Assembly (NCBI GenBank): GCA_964491455.1
Contig: CAZBFM010000001.1
Coordinates: forward strand, 279,425-343,424
Origin: an uncultured Candidatus Saccharibacteria bacterium
GTDB taxonomy: Bacteria > Patescibacteriota > Minisyncoccia > 2-02-FULL-40-12 > GWA2-44-9
Direction: 5' to 3'
DNA length: 64,000 bases
Below the pieces are notes generated by a model. It did no database searches. It saw nothing but the letters and a program-made list of their open reading frames with translations, and was not told where the DNA came from. The position numbers and the translations under genes are program-made. Positions 19,217 to 29,310 of the stretch are shown one piece after another; position 1 is the first letter of the stretch; every line of letters begins with the position of its first letter.

Positions 19217-21595
19217 TTAACTCTTCTTTCCACCACTGCGCTTACGTAGCGCAAGCTCAAGCACTTCATCAACATGAGAAACGAATTCAAATGTAAGTTT
19301 CTTTTTAACTTCGTTGGGCATCTCGCTCATATCCCGTTTATTTTCCATTGGCACTATAACTCTCTTCATCCCAGCACGTAGTGCCGCGAGTGCCTTTTCT
19401 TTTAGGCCGCCAATCTCCATAACCTTCCCCCGCAAGGTAACCTCCCCCGTCATCGCAATTTCACGACGAACAGGCCAGCCCATAAAGAGTGAAACAAGCG
19501 CCGTGGTCAGTGCAATACCTGCCGAGGGGCCATCCTTTTTCACTGCGCCGCTTGGTATATGAATATGCAGATCCTCACGAGACATATCGACTTCAACGCC
19601 GTGGCGAGCCGACCATGCTCGAGCAAACGAGAGAGCTGCTTGTGCGCTTTCACGCATAACATCACCGAGCTGCCCTGTAAGCACAAGCTTACCTTTGCCA
19701 GGCATTCTGGTCACTTCGATAGGAAATACCTCTCCACCGACAGGGGTCCATCCAAGCCCTGTGACGACTCCAATTTGATCCGTCTGCTCCCCCTGCTGAT
19801 GCATGTAACGCTCAGCACCAAGGAAATCAGCAAGCTCAGATACGAGCACGGCCGTTTTTTTCTGCCTCTTCTCCTCCACGATGGCACGCGTCACTTTGCG
19901 AACAACGGTATTGAGCAGCCGAGCAAGCTCGCGCACGCCAGCCTCTCTCGTCCAATCGCGAATTATTTTTAGCAGGACCGCATCTGCAATACGAACGTCC
20001 TCTTTTTTAAGCCCATGATCTCCGAGTGCTTTTGCCCACAAGAAATTTTTGGCAATGTTGAGTTTTTCCGTCTCCGTATAACCTGGAAAATCAATAATTT
20101 CCAATCGATCGCGTAACGCAGCCGGTATCGTCTCCAATGAATTCGCTGTTGCGACAAATAGCACATCGGAAAGATCCAGAGGCATCTCAAGGTAGTGGTC
20201 CGAAAATGCATTATTTTGCTGAGGATCGAGCGCCTCAAGAAGTGCCGAGCTCGGGTCACCCCTAAAATCAGCTCCCAATTTGTCGATTTCGTCCAGAAGG
20301 AATACCGGGTTACGAACTTTGACAGTATGAATCCCTTGCACAATGCGTCCTGGCATAGCGCCAACATAGGTTCTTCGATGACCTCGTATTTCAGCTTCGT
20401 CCCGAATACCACCCAGAGAGATACGCGCAAACTTCCGCCCAAGAGCCCTTGCAATGCTCTGGCCGATACTCGTCTTCCCTGTTCCAGGAGGACCGTAGAA
20501 ACATAATATTGGCCCGCGTAGCTTGCCAACTTGCTTCTGGACCGCGAGATACTCGAGTATTCTATCCTTTACCTTCTCCAAGCCGGCATGGTCTTCATCA
20601 AGAATTTTCTTTGAAAGCTTTAAATCAATTTTATCTTTCGTCGTCTCGCTCCAAGGCAATTCAATGAGCCAATCAAGATAGGTGCGTATATAAGAAACTT
20701 CGGGACTCATTGGGGGCATCTTCGTGAGCCGCCCAAACTCTTTCATCGCCTTTTCGTGTACAGCTTGAGGCATTTTTGCATCCTCGATTTTCTTCTTCAA
20801 CCCATCAAGTTCATCGCGATCCTCATCGACTCCCAGTTCTTTTTCGATGCTTTTCAATTGCTCTCGCAAAAAGAATTCCTTTTGCATTCTTCCAATCTTT
20901 CTCTTCGTTTCTTTTGCTAGATTCTTTTCTGCCTCCAGAACCTCCATTTCACGAGAGAGGTATATATTGAGCTGACGCAACGCGTCACCGTGACCCCGCA
21001 TCTCAAGTATTTCCTGCTGCTGTTGCATGTCTAAATTAAGATTCGCTGCAACAAGTCCGACAATTTGCTCAGCGTCACGAAGTTGCGTCATGAGATACAC
21101 AACCTCGGGTAAAATTGCAGGAAATGATCTCACTTCAGCGACGTGTTTAAATTGCTCCAGGACCCGCCGAAGCAACGCGGAGTTTTCGGGGCTTTCCATA
21201 GAATCAATCGATTCCACCGTCGTCGCGCGTACCTGAATATATGGAGCGAACCCAACGTACTGAGTAATGCGAGCACGACTCAAGCCTTCGACATCGACTT
21301 TTGCGGATCCATCCGGGAGTCGTACGACTGAAATAATCTTTCCAACAGTTCCAACTGAAAATAGATCGTTTTCACCGATATCATCTTCTATATTTTTCTG
21401 CGTCACAAAGAGAACTAGACGATCGGACGCAAGCGATGCCTCCAAAGCCGCAATCGATTTTGGTCGCTGCACAATCAGCGGAATAACCACCTTCGGAAAT
21501 AGAACCGTATTCTTGAGCGCAATCAATGGTACCTGATCGCTCAAATTTGATGTGGGATGTGTGCGTAATTCACTCATAGAGGTGCAGGATACCAA
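19217..21595 (-). CDS. lon: ATP-dependent Lon protease
   Basis: 792 aa. N-terminal LON domain, AAA+ module (GPPGTGKTS) and S16 protease domain (PSAG…K). Confidence 0.9.
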   Translation of the reverse strand: MVSCTSMSELRTHPTSNLSDQVPLIALKNTVLFPKVVIPLIVQRPKSIAALEASLASDRLVLFVTQKNIEDDIGENDLFSVGTVGKIISVVRLPDGSAKVDVEGLSRARITQYVGFAPYIQVRATTVESIDSMESPENSALLRRVLEQFKHVAEVRSFPAILPEVVYLMTQLRDAEQIVGLVAANLNLDMQQQQEILEMRGHGDALRQLNIYLSREMEVLEAEKNLAKETKRKIGRMQKEFFLREQLKSIEKELGVDEDRDELDGLKKKIEDAKMPQAVHEKAMKEFGRLTKMPPMSPEVSYIRTYLDWLIELPWSETTKDKIDLKLSKKILDEDHAGLEKVKDRILEYLAVQKQVGKLRGPILCFYGPPGTGKTSIGQSIARALGRKFARISLGGIRDEAEIRGHRRTYVGAMPGRIVQGIHTVKVRNPVFLLDEIDKLGADFRGDPSSALLEALDPQQNNAFSDHYLEMPLDLSDVLFVATANSLETIPAALRDRLEIIDFPGYTETEKLNIAKNFLWAKALGDHGLKKEDVRIADAVLLKIIRDWTREAGVRELARLLNTVVRKVTRAIVEEKRQKKTAVLVSELADFLGAERYMHQQGEQTDQIGVVTGLGWTPVGGEVFPIEVTRMPGKGKLVLTGQLGDVMRESAQAALSFARAWSARHGVEVDMSREDLHIHIPSGAVKKDGPSAGIALTTALVSLFMGWPVRREIAMTGEVTLRGKVMEIGGLKEKALAALRAGMKRVIVPMENKRDMSEMPNEVKKKLTFEFVSHVDEVLELALRKRSGGKKS

Positions 21596-21642
21596 ATTTT
21601 GGCACTCAGCGCAAGTGAGTGCCAGCTATAAAAGCCATTCAT

Positions 21643-23025
21643 TTATAGCTCAAATGACTGTCCCAAGGTGGGAACAACCGCATCCACGCGCAGTTCCCGT
21701 CTCGCGCGTTCCGCAAGCGCGTTCGAAGACTCAAGCTCACCCTGAACGACAAAGCACTTCTTAAGGGAGCTACCCTGGTTTGCTTGACGAATATACTCCA
21801 TTAAGCCGTTTTGATCGGCATGCGCAGAGTAGGCACCAATTGCATGCACATGGCAACGCACTGGAACATCCTGCCCAAATATCGAAACAACCTTTTCTCC
21901 ATCCAAAATTCGGCGACCGAGGGAGCCTTGCACTTGATATCCGATAAAGAGGATTGTGTTTCTACTGTCAGAAAGATATCGAAGCTCATGATGCAGAATC
22001 CTACCCCCCGTGCTCATACCAGATCCTGCAATAATTATTTTAGGTGCCGAAATATCATTGATATGCTTTGACTGCTGAACATCTCCCGTAAACGTAAGCC
22101 ACGGAAAATTAAATATTCCCTGGTTGTCCTTTAGGATTCTACGAGCTCCTTCATTGAAATACGTTGAAAACCGACCATACTCTTTCGTGATGTGTATTGC
22201 TAGCGGACTATCAAGAAAAACCGGCATCTTCGGAAGCTTTCCTTGCTCAAAGAAGGCATCGAGCTCCACTAGCAACTCCTGTGTTCGCTCGACAGCAAAC
22301 GAAGGTATCATGAGGACGCCGTTTCTTTTGTACGTCTCCAATATCACTTCAAGTAATCTCGTGTTGCGCTCGGATCTCGCTTCATGTAATCGACTGCCGT
22401 ACGCAGACTCCACGAGCATATAGTCGACGCCTCGAACATAGTCAATATCTTGCAATAATATCGAAGGCTGATTTCCAATATCACCAGGAAAAACAATACG
22501 TTTTTCAACTCCGTTATCTTGCACTATAAATTCCCAAGCAGTGGATCCAAGAACATGCCCCGAGTCGTGGCCTTGCACAACGACGCTTGCATTGAGCTTC
22601 AGGCGTTGGCGGTAGGAAACGCCTCGAAATAGAGCGAGCGATCGCTCAAGATCCTCGCGATCATACATTGGAGCATAATTAAAATTGCGAGCCTCCGTTA
22701 CCACTTTATCGAGCGTATCCGGAAGAGCGACCGCTACAATCGAAGCCGTCGGTTCACTAGCATAAATGACGCCACGAAAACCCTCACGATACAGCTTCGG
22801 AATGCGCCCCATATGGTCTACATGGCTGTGCGTTATAAATACATAATCGATCTTCGATGCATCGTATCCAAATGCCTGAAAATTCATTTCATCGCCATAC
22901 CGAGAACCCTGAATCATTCCACAATCGATGATAATTCTCAGTCCACCGACTTCAAGCAAGTAATTTGCACCCGTTACGTGGGTTGCGCCACCAAAAAATG
23001 TGAGCTTCATACTATCAGTATACAC
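21643..23025 (-). CDS. Beta-CASP metallo-beta-lactamase-fold ribonuclease (RNase J-like)
   Basis: 460 aa. HxHxDH motif (ITHSHVDHMG) with beta-CASP motifs downstream. Confidence 0.6.
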   Translation of the reverse strand: MYTDSMKLTFFGGATHVTGANYLLEVGGLRIIIDCGMIQGSRYGDEMNFQAFGYDASKIDYVFITHSHVDHMGRIPKLYREGFRGVIYASEPTASIVAVALPDTLDKVVTEARNFNYAPMYDREDLERSLALFRGVSYRQRLKLNASVVVQGHDSGHVLGSTAWEFIVQDNGVEKRIVFPGDIGNQPSILLQDIDYVRGVDYMLVESAYGSRLHEARSERNTRLLEVILETYKRNGVLMIPSFAVERTQELLVELDAFFEQGKLPKMPVFLDSPLAIHITKEYGRFSTYFNEGARRILKDNQGIFNFPWLTFTGDVQQSKHINDISAPKIIIAGSGMSTGGRILHHELRYLSDSRNTILFIGYQVQGSLGRRILDGEKVVSIFGQDVPVRCHVHAIGAYSAHADQNGLMEYIRQANQGSSLKKCFVVQGELESSNALAERARRELRVDAVVPTLGQSFEL

Positions 23026-23859
23026 CTACAAGCCGAGAACGATTGAGCATAAGTAGCCAAGGATGGCAGAAAGGGCGATAGGCGGAAGTGCGGCCATCGG
23101 AGCTGCTTCTTTTTGACGCAAGAACAGCCACTGCATGACAAGAACACCGACGAGAGAAAACAGCACGATAATCACAGCAGCGTCCGTCGACTGCCTAAGA
23201 ACCGAAATCGCTAAAATAAGTGGCAACGTTACATCCCCCGATCCAAGCATCATCACTTGGTTTGAGTTAAGAGCATCTGCTTTTTTGAGCAATAAGCCTC
23301 GAAACGTTGTAGGCACAAGAAATCCGAAAATAATTCCAGATGAAAGCATATGATTCGCCATCACGATCATGTGCTTGGTCCGATACACAGAAACAATGTC
23401 ATAGATTGCAAAGAGTGCTAGCAGCGCACACGCCACGAGCGGAGACAATGAAGTTCCTAGAAGTCCTGCGATACCACTAACACCGAGAGTGGTGATGATA
23501 TTGTGGATCCAAACGCGCGGTATCACAGAAAGCGCTGTAACACCCGCAAGAGCAAAGCCAATACTTGCAGGTAACGACAACCATGCCGAATATACAAATT
23601 GCGCCCCGGACACGAGTGCAATCACTAAAATAACAGGCAACGCGATTCGTGTCGCCCGAGAGAAACGTATCATCGCATACGTGAAGCACACGAATACTAC
23701 TGCAAACAAAAGAGCATTCTCTGGCGTTGATTCGATGTTCTGCAATACGCTCGTCGAAACTACTTGCTGATAATGAGCCCATGAAGAAAGTAACGAGATG
23801 CTCGCGATGGCACAATAGAGCACCACGATAGTAGTTGTCATACGGAGCGCGCTTTTCAT
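23026..23859 (-). CDS. Candidate GxGD-type intramembrane aspartyl protease (presenilin/signal-peptide-peptidase-like, A22-like)
   Basis: 277 aa, about 9 TM. YD inside a TM helix (aa 153-154) and LGSGD in a later TM (D209) 55 aa downstream. P-x-L (PPIAL) in the last helix. The motif order matches the presenilin-homolog topology. Confidence 0.4.
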   Translation of the reverse strand: MKSALRMTTTIVVLYCAIASISLLSSWAHYQQVVSTSVLQNIESTPENALLFAVVFVCFTYAMIRFSRATRIALPVILVIALVSGAQFVYSAWLSLPASIGFALAGVTALSVIPRVWIHNIITTLGVSGIAGLLGTSLSPLVACALLALFAIYDIVSVYRTKHMIVMANHMLSSGIIFGFLVPTTFRGLLLKKADALNSNQVMMLGSGDVTLPLILAISVLRQSTDAAVIIVLFSLVGVLVMQWLFLRQKEAAPMAALPPIALSAILGYLCSIVLGL

Positions 23860-24314
23860 TCTCGTACAATAACAACCCCCGACTCACCCGCATCGGAAGA
23901 ATTATAATACCCAAACACGCCTATCTCAGAAAAAGTATAGGAAAAATAGCTTGATGGCTGAATAGATCCAACACTATCAAATCGCGGATTTGATTCACTA
24001 GCTTGTAGCTGAGCGATCACGCGCAACGGTAGAGGATTTTCATTCTTCCAACGCACCGTATCCCCAACATGAATACGCAAATTCGTTGGGCTAAATACAC
24101 CATACCGATAGCTGATTGTATAGACTCTTGATTCACGGTCATTCGTAGTTGTGGGCGTCACAGTCTCAAGCGGTACCTCAATCGGACGAGTACCGAGGAG
24201 CATAATTGCGATGCCCATGAGAATCATGGTGCCCAAAATTGCCGGCCATAGATGAGGGCGATCACGCTGCTTTTCTGATTTCATAATCTGCTCGGCAATG
24301 GGATGTTGCACCAT
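23856..24314 (-). CDS. Type-II membrane-anchored cupredoxin-like domain protein (the usual Cys/His copper ligands are not evident)
   Basis: N-terminal basic tail plus a single TM (…HLWPAILGTMILMGIAIMLLG…), then a beta-rich domain with the plastocyanin-like segment RIHVGDTVRWKNEN. There is a 4-nt overlap with the downstream protease gene. Start trimmed to MVQ/MKSEK to avoid overlap with the upstream gene; the track ORF extends to 24392. Confidence 0.35.
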   Translation of the reverse strand: MVQHPIAEQIMKSEKQRDRPHLWPAILGTMILMGIAIMLLGTRPIEVPLETVTPTTTNDRESRVYTISYRYGVFSPTNLRIHVGDTVRWKNENPLPLRVIAQLQASESNPRFDSVGSIQPSSYFSYTFSEIGVFGYYNSSDAGESGVVIVRE

Positions 24315-24369
24315 GGAATGATTCGATTGTATACCACTCTCACCTGGAATGCCACAAAAACATCCCGTC

Positions 24370-24993
24370 CTAGTGGAGCGGGATGTGAGCAACGGAGCGC
24401 CGTATTTCTTGAATTCTCTCCTTTATGTCCCCAAAAAAGGCACCGTCCGGGAGAGTCTCAAAGCACTCACGAAATGCCCATAGACGCTCAGGATCATCTC
24501 GTAGCTCTATCAGGGAAGCGCACACCGCTTCCGGAAGAATTTCGGTGGCGAAGTGATCTGCGTATCTGCCAAAAATCATGTACAGCATCATGTAACGAAG
24601 CACATTCCTGGCGGATCGTAGATCGCTACTTCCAAAGCACACCCTCCAGCACCGCAATAATTCGATTACGGACTGGGGTGTTAGTAGATCCTGCTTCTTT
24701 GACGGACGACCGTGATAATACCTAGTAAGGCACCAGGTGCGTACAATTCGAGCTCCATCAAATGAATGCAGCGTGCGATGTATGGCATCCACGGCATGAA
24801 ACACCTCGCGAACCGTAAGGGCACCAAAGAGGCGATGCCACGCCGTATGCGACGCTTCATTCCACGGAAATAGATTGTATTCGGTGTCCGCTCCGTCTCG
24901 ACTCACCGGTACCATATGATGCATTCGCGCATTCGGGTGTGCTACTTTGTACGGCTCGCGAGCGCGAGCATACAGGGAGGAAGTTCTCCTCAC
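24370..24993 (-). CDS. Protein with N-terminal HNH-like (His-Me finger) motif lacking the zinc-binding cysteines, plus an uncharacterised C-terminal domain
   Basis: The segment HHMVPVSRDGADTEYNLFPWNEASHTAWH fits the HNH core pattern HH..P…GG…NL…H…H. The start is probably at an internal Met (MHHM…). Confidence 0.35.
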   Translation of the reverse strand: MRRTSSLYARAREPYKVAHPNARMHHMVPVSRDGADTEYNLFPWNEASHTAWHRLFGALTVREVFHAVDAIHRTLHSFDGARIVRTWCLTRYYHGRPSKKQDLLTPQSVIELLRCWRVCFGSSDLRSARNVLRYMMLYMIFGRYADHFATEILPEAVCASLIELRDDPERLWAFRECFETLPDGAFFGDIKERIQEIRRSVAHIPLH

Positions 24994-25067
24994 GTCACCT
25001 CCTTGAAAAGTTCTATCGCGAACGTACCACGAAAAAACGACCCGAGCAAGCTCAGGTCGTTAGCACA

Positions 25068-25931
25068 CTACACCTTCAGATAAGGGGTACGCACTGCCTC
25101 GGTACCGTCTGGAAGCGTCACCACTTCGTAATCTTCAAATAACATCGGTGCCTCCTTCCGCAGGCACCGAAACACGTTCATGATTGCAGCGCGTATTTTT
25201 ATATCAGCATGTTCGCTTGCGCGCATCTCACAGATGTGACGCCATGCCCGTACATTACCGCTCACGCAAATCGGTGCCTCTGTTTCATTCGGTAGGCATT
25301 CTCGCGCAGTCTCTTGAACTTTTTTTCGTCTGTCCGTTTTTGTTGCCCCAGCGAGAATGGGAATGCCTTGCGCCTGATGTATTGTCAGAATCTCACCAAG
25401 CTCATGATATTCCCGGTGGAGAAACTCGATTCGACGAATAAAGCGATCATGCAACTCGGGAATACGTTGAAACGGCGTCGCCTCAACAAAGCGCAATCTC
25501 GTTCCGTCAACGTATCGTTGGCTCGCCTGTGAGTATCCCGTTCCGGCTTGGTGACGAACTAAGTCATGCGTCACCGTGCGCGTGACGCCATACAGAATGA
25601 ACGAGAAGGTAGCGTGCTGGAACACGGAGCCATGCTTCGACTCCTTGATGCGTTCAAGATACTCTGAAGCTCGCTCATTCATGCTTCGCGCTGGCCCGAA
25701 ACTCAGATAGCAAAGCTGTCCGGCTACCTTCGAGAGTGCCTCGGCGGGTGGCAACTCAACAGGATCATCAAGATACAGGCCAAACGAAAGTGCTGGGTCG
25801 AAGCCATCGAGGAATTCTTTCATTCCCGATAAATCGACCATGGGTCGAGCAATCATAATCGCACCAGGTCCTCGAAGATACGGAACCCCATTCGGAGTAT
25901 GGAATACCGGTGCGTCAATTTTTGGTAGCAT
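25068..25931 (-). CDS. thyX: Flavin-dependent thymidylate synthase ThyX
   Basis: 287 aa. ThyX signature RHxxxxxxxQxSQR-like (…LVRHQAGTGYSQASQRYV…). Confidence 0.85.
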   Translation of the reverse strand: MLPKIDAPVFHTPNGVPYLRGPGAIMIARPMVDLSGMKEFLDGFDPALSFGLYLDDPVELPPAEALSKVAGQLCYLSFGPARSMNERASEYLERIKESKHGSVFQHATFSFILYGVTRTVTHDLVRHQAGTGYSQASQRYVDGTRLRFVEATPFQRIPELHDRFIRRIEFLHREYHELGEILTIHQAQGIPILAGATKTDRRKKVQETARECLPNETEAPICVSGNVRAWRHICEMRASEHADIKIRAAIMNVFRCLRKEAPMLFEDYEVVTLPDGTEAVRTPYLKV

Positions 25932-25974
25932 ATGTCACCTCGAAAAGAACTAGAGGTAGGAGCATACCAAAACG

Positions 25975-27261
25975 TCACTCCTTGTGAAGTGCATCTCGCA
26001 CGATAGCAACGTCGGACCATGGAATCACCCTGCCGTCAGCAAGTGCCATCGATGTTTCACTTCCCTTTCCAGTGATTACCACGATGTCGCCCTCGCCAGC
26101 TTCGGAAATTGCAGCAAAAATAGCTTCTTTTCTATTTAAGATTCGTCGAACACTGCCTTGGCGCGATTCAGGAATGCCGGCGTACACTTGATCCAAAATA
26201 GCGCCTGGGGATTCCTCGTAGGGATCTTCGTCGGTCAGCACAATGCGATCGCAATACTCAGCCGCAATCTCGCCAAACGCTCTTCTCTTCCAACTATCTC
26301 GACCTCCACCAGCAGCTCCAAGGACTGCGATGAGACGGGTCGCTCTCTTTTGAAGTGTTTCATATACAGCGCGAAGCGAATCTGGCGTATGGGCATAATC
26401 AACAACGACTCCAAATGGCGCTTTCTGAATCCACTGCAAGCGCCCGGGAATTTCGAGGACCGACTCGAGCGCGGGCTTCGCAGTCGGTAAATCAACACCA
26501 TAGACTGCAGCGATGGAAAGCGCTGCTAAGGCATTGTACACATTAAATTGACCTCCTATCTTTAAATCAAACTGAGTGCCATAGACAGAAAATGAACTTC
26601 GGTCTTCATGCACAATTACGTTACTCGCACGAAGTTCCCCTCCTTGCATTCCAAAATACAACTTCTTTTGTGCAGGAAACGAAGCAAAGTATTCAGCGGA
26701 CGCATCATCTGCATTAATGACGTGCATCTGCTTTGTTGCCTGGAAGAGAATCCCCTTTGCGCTTCGATACCGCTCAAATGATCCATGAGCCTCGATATGT
26801 TCTGGATGCAGATTCGTGAACACAGCGCAATCGAACGAAATACCGAGATGGCGCCCCTGGGCTAGTCCCTCTGACGGCGCCTCCATAATGACATGCGTGC
26901 ACCCAGCTCGCACCGCCTCGCGAAGGAACTTCTGTAGTTTCCAGCGACCGGGCATCGTCATCTTAAGCGCATTTGGCCACTCTCGCTCGCGAATCTTATA
27001 ACCCAAAGACCCAATCGCGGCGACCTTCAGACCTGACGCTTCTAAGATTGCAGAGGATAAGAACACAACTGAACTCTTGCCTTTTGTTCCCGTTATTCCA
27101 ATGACCTTCAGTGATCGCGAGGGAAAGCGATACCAGAGAGCCCCAGTCCAGGCGAGAAGCGGATGATAAACACGCGAAATCGACCCGAAGAGGCGACGTG
27201 GGATAAACCTCTTTACTCCCCGTAGGATTCGATCGAGAAATCCGTGCGTAAACATAGCCAA
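25975..27261 (-). CDS. Mur ligase family protein (MurE/MurF-like peptidoglycan peptide ligase)
   Basis: 428 aa. ATP-binding GITGTKGKSS motif and a Mur ligase middle/C-terminal domain. Confidence 0.55.
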   Translation of the reverse strand: MAMFTHGFLDRILRGVKRFIPRRLFGSISRVYHPLLAWTGALWYRFPSRSLKVIGITGTKGKSSVVFLSSAILEASGLKVAAIGSLGYKIREREWPNALKMTMPGRWKLQKFLREAVRAGCTHVIMEAPSEGLAQGRHLGISFDCAVFTNLHPEHIEAHGSFERYRSAKGILFQATKQMHVINADDASAEYFASFPAQKKLYFGMQGGELRASNVIVHEDRSSFSVYGTQFDLKIGGQFNVYNALAALSIAAVYGVDLPTAKPALESVLEIPGRLQWIQKAPFGVVVDYAHTPDSLRAVYETLQKRATRLIAVLGAAGGGRDSWKRRAFGEIAAEYCDRIVLTDEDPYEESPGAILDQVYAGIPESRQGSVRRILNRKEAIFAAISEAGEGDIVVITGKGSETSMALADGRVIPWSDVAIVRDALHKE

Positions 27262-27268
27262 GAGTATG

Positions 27269-28189
27269 CTACCTACCGGCTATTTTGTACAGCCATGATG
27301 CAAGCGGCTTCATGACATAATTAAATGAACCTGGGTACTCAATAGTGCGCGCGCCAAATCCCAATTTAAAGCGAGTAACTCCGGGCCACGTATTCGCATC
27401 AATGCCCCAAAAATCGTATGATTCGAATCTCATTTTTTTGTACTGCAACATTAAGTTCCAATGCAACGCATGCGGTGCCATCAGAGATCTATACGTTCTA
27501 TCCATGGCCCCATGGAGATACGAAACTGTCGTGCCATGCTCCATCATAATAGCCCCCGCTAACGGACGCCCCCCTTGTGATGCCAAAAACAAACGCGTCC
27601 GAAGTGAGCTACCATTTGCCGAAAAGTAGTGCAGCAACTTTTTATAGTAGAGCATCCCGTGCGTTCGGAAATCATCATGCCCAGACGTATCTTGCAGTAA
27701 CTTCCAAAATACATCGACATCATTTGACTCATCAATGGTGACACCCTTACGCTGCGCCAAATTTATATTGTATCGATGCTTATGGTGAAGTGCATCGAGA
27801 AGTTGATCTTCCGTTTGCATCAAGTCCGCGACCACGGTTCTCTGCGGCTGCACATGACGCGACGATGTTCGAAGCTTCATCCCATTTCGGATGAGCAGCT
27901 CAACGACCATATCGTGCATCGGCTCAATCTTTACAAACATACTATGCTCCTGGTGCGCGATATTGCGCACATAGCGAGTAAAATGCTGAACCTCATTACG
28001 CAAGCCATCTTGAGCGAGCTCCAGGTTTAACTCTGGTCCATACGGTATATAGAGATAATTTTGACCAAATCGAACCGTATGTTGAATAATATTTGCCTTC
28101 AAAAATCCGTCATCAAGACGCCAAACCGAACGGCCAATATGCTTTTGAAATCCCAACCATTCTGGCGTTTGGAGAAAGGGTCGGTTCAC
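27269..28189 (-). CDS. FemAB/FemX-family peptidoglycan aminoacyl-transferase-like protein
   Basis: 306 aa, a pair of GNAT-like halves of FemABX size. It sits between the Mur ligase and the SEDS gene. Confidence 0.5.
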   Translation of the reverse strand: MNRPFLQTPEWLGFQKHIGRSVWRLDDGFLKANIIQHTVRFGQNYLYIPYGPELNLELAQDGLRNEVQHFTRYVRNIAHQEHSMFVKIEPMHDMVVELLIRNGMKLRTSSRHVQPQRTVVADLMQTEDQLLDALHHKHRYNINLAQRKGVTIDESNDVDVFWKLLQDTSGHDDFRTHGMLYYKKLLHYFSANGSSLRTRLFLASQGGRPLAGAIMMEHGTTVSYLHGAMDRTYRSLMAPHALHWNLMLQYKKMRFESYDFWGIDANTWPGVTRFKLGFGARTIEYPGSFNYVMKPLASWLYKIAGR

Positions 28190-28201
28190 TGGTCTAGTAT
28201 A

Positions 28202-29287
28202 TCATGAATGGCGTGTATGCTCAGCCACGTTCAATGCGACTCCCAGCCCAGCGAGCATAGCGGCCATCGACGTTCCCCCGTAGCTAATAAAGGGCAGCGG
28301 GACGCCTGTGAGGGGCATGAGACCCATAACCGCAGTCATGTTCACCAACGCCTGAATCATGATCCATAAAGCCATGCCCGAAACCAAAAGCGCGCCAAAG
28401 TCATCTGGGGCCCTCCGCGCGATGTGCGCCATTAATACTGCGAAAAGAAGAAATAGCGCCAACGTCGATAGGCCGCCAACCATACCCAGCTCCTCAATAA
28501 GGATTGCAAAAATTGAGTCACCAATTGGCTCGGGAAGAAAACCGAATTTCTGGGTGCTTTGTCCAAGCCCCACCCCCATAACACCTCCAGAACCGATAGC
28601 AATCAGTGATTGATTAATCTGCCACCCGGAACCTCGCACATCCGCCGTTGGATGCAGAAGCGTTGTAATGCGCCGCCACCTCACAGGCGATGTGGCCGCA
28701 TAACTCACAATGAGAACGCATGCGATAAGTAGCGCTGCTATGGATCTACGCAACGAACCACCAGCGATGAAAAACATACCCCCGATGATTAAAGAAATAA
28801 TGCCGAGCATGCCAAGGTCAGGCTGCTTCAAGAGTAGGCCCGCTACAATTCCTGAGATAACAAATAGCGGCAATAACCGACTCTCACCGCTCTTCACGCG
28901 ATCACTTTTATTTCCAAACCAAGCTGCAAAATAAATAATCAACGCAAATTTTAGTATTTCAGCCGGCTGAAATACGATTGGCCCAATATCTAGCCAACTT
29001 CGTGAGCCATTGATTTGTCGACCGTACGTGGGGAAAAGAACAATCACCATGGCGAGAAACGCGACACCAAGGATAGGCAGCGATAATCGACGAAGATGCT
29101 TGTAATCAAACCGCCAAAAAAACCACAACAGGCTAAGGCCCGGTAGTATGCCGTAAAACAATTGATGTCGCCAAAAGTAATACGAGACTCCGTACTGTTT
29201 CGCTGACTGCACAACGCTCGCCGACGACAGGACTACCAGTCCAAGTCCGAGGAGTACAAGAATAAGCCAAAAAAGTCTTTTAGCCAT
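28202..29287 (-). CDS. SEDS-family peptidoglycan glycosyltransferase (FtsW/RodA)
   Basis: 361 aa, 10 TM, with conserved SEDS loop residues. Adjacent to mraY. Confidence 0.8.
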   Translation of the reverse strand: MAKRLFWLILVLLGLGLVVLSSASVVQSAKQYGVSYYFWRHQLFYGILPGLSLLWFFWRFDYKHLRRLSLPILGVAFLAMVIVLFPTYGRQINGSRSWLDIGPIVFQPAEILKFALIIYFAAWFGNKSDRVKSGESRLLPLFVISGIVAGLLLKQPDLGMLGIISLIIGGMFFIAGGSLRRSIAALLIACVLIVSYAATSPVRWRRITTLLHPTADVRGSGWQINQSLIAIGSGGVMGVGLGQSTQKFGFLPEPIGDSIFAILIEELGMVGGLSTLALFLLFAVLMAHIARRAPDDFGALLVSGMALWIMIQALVNMTAVMGLMPLTGVPLPFISYGGTSMAAMLAGLGVALNVAEHTRHS

Positions 29288-29310
29288 GCAATGAAGAGAA
29301 GTCCGAAATT

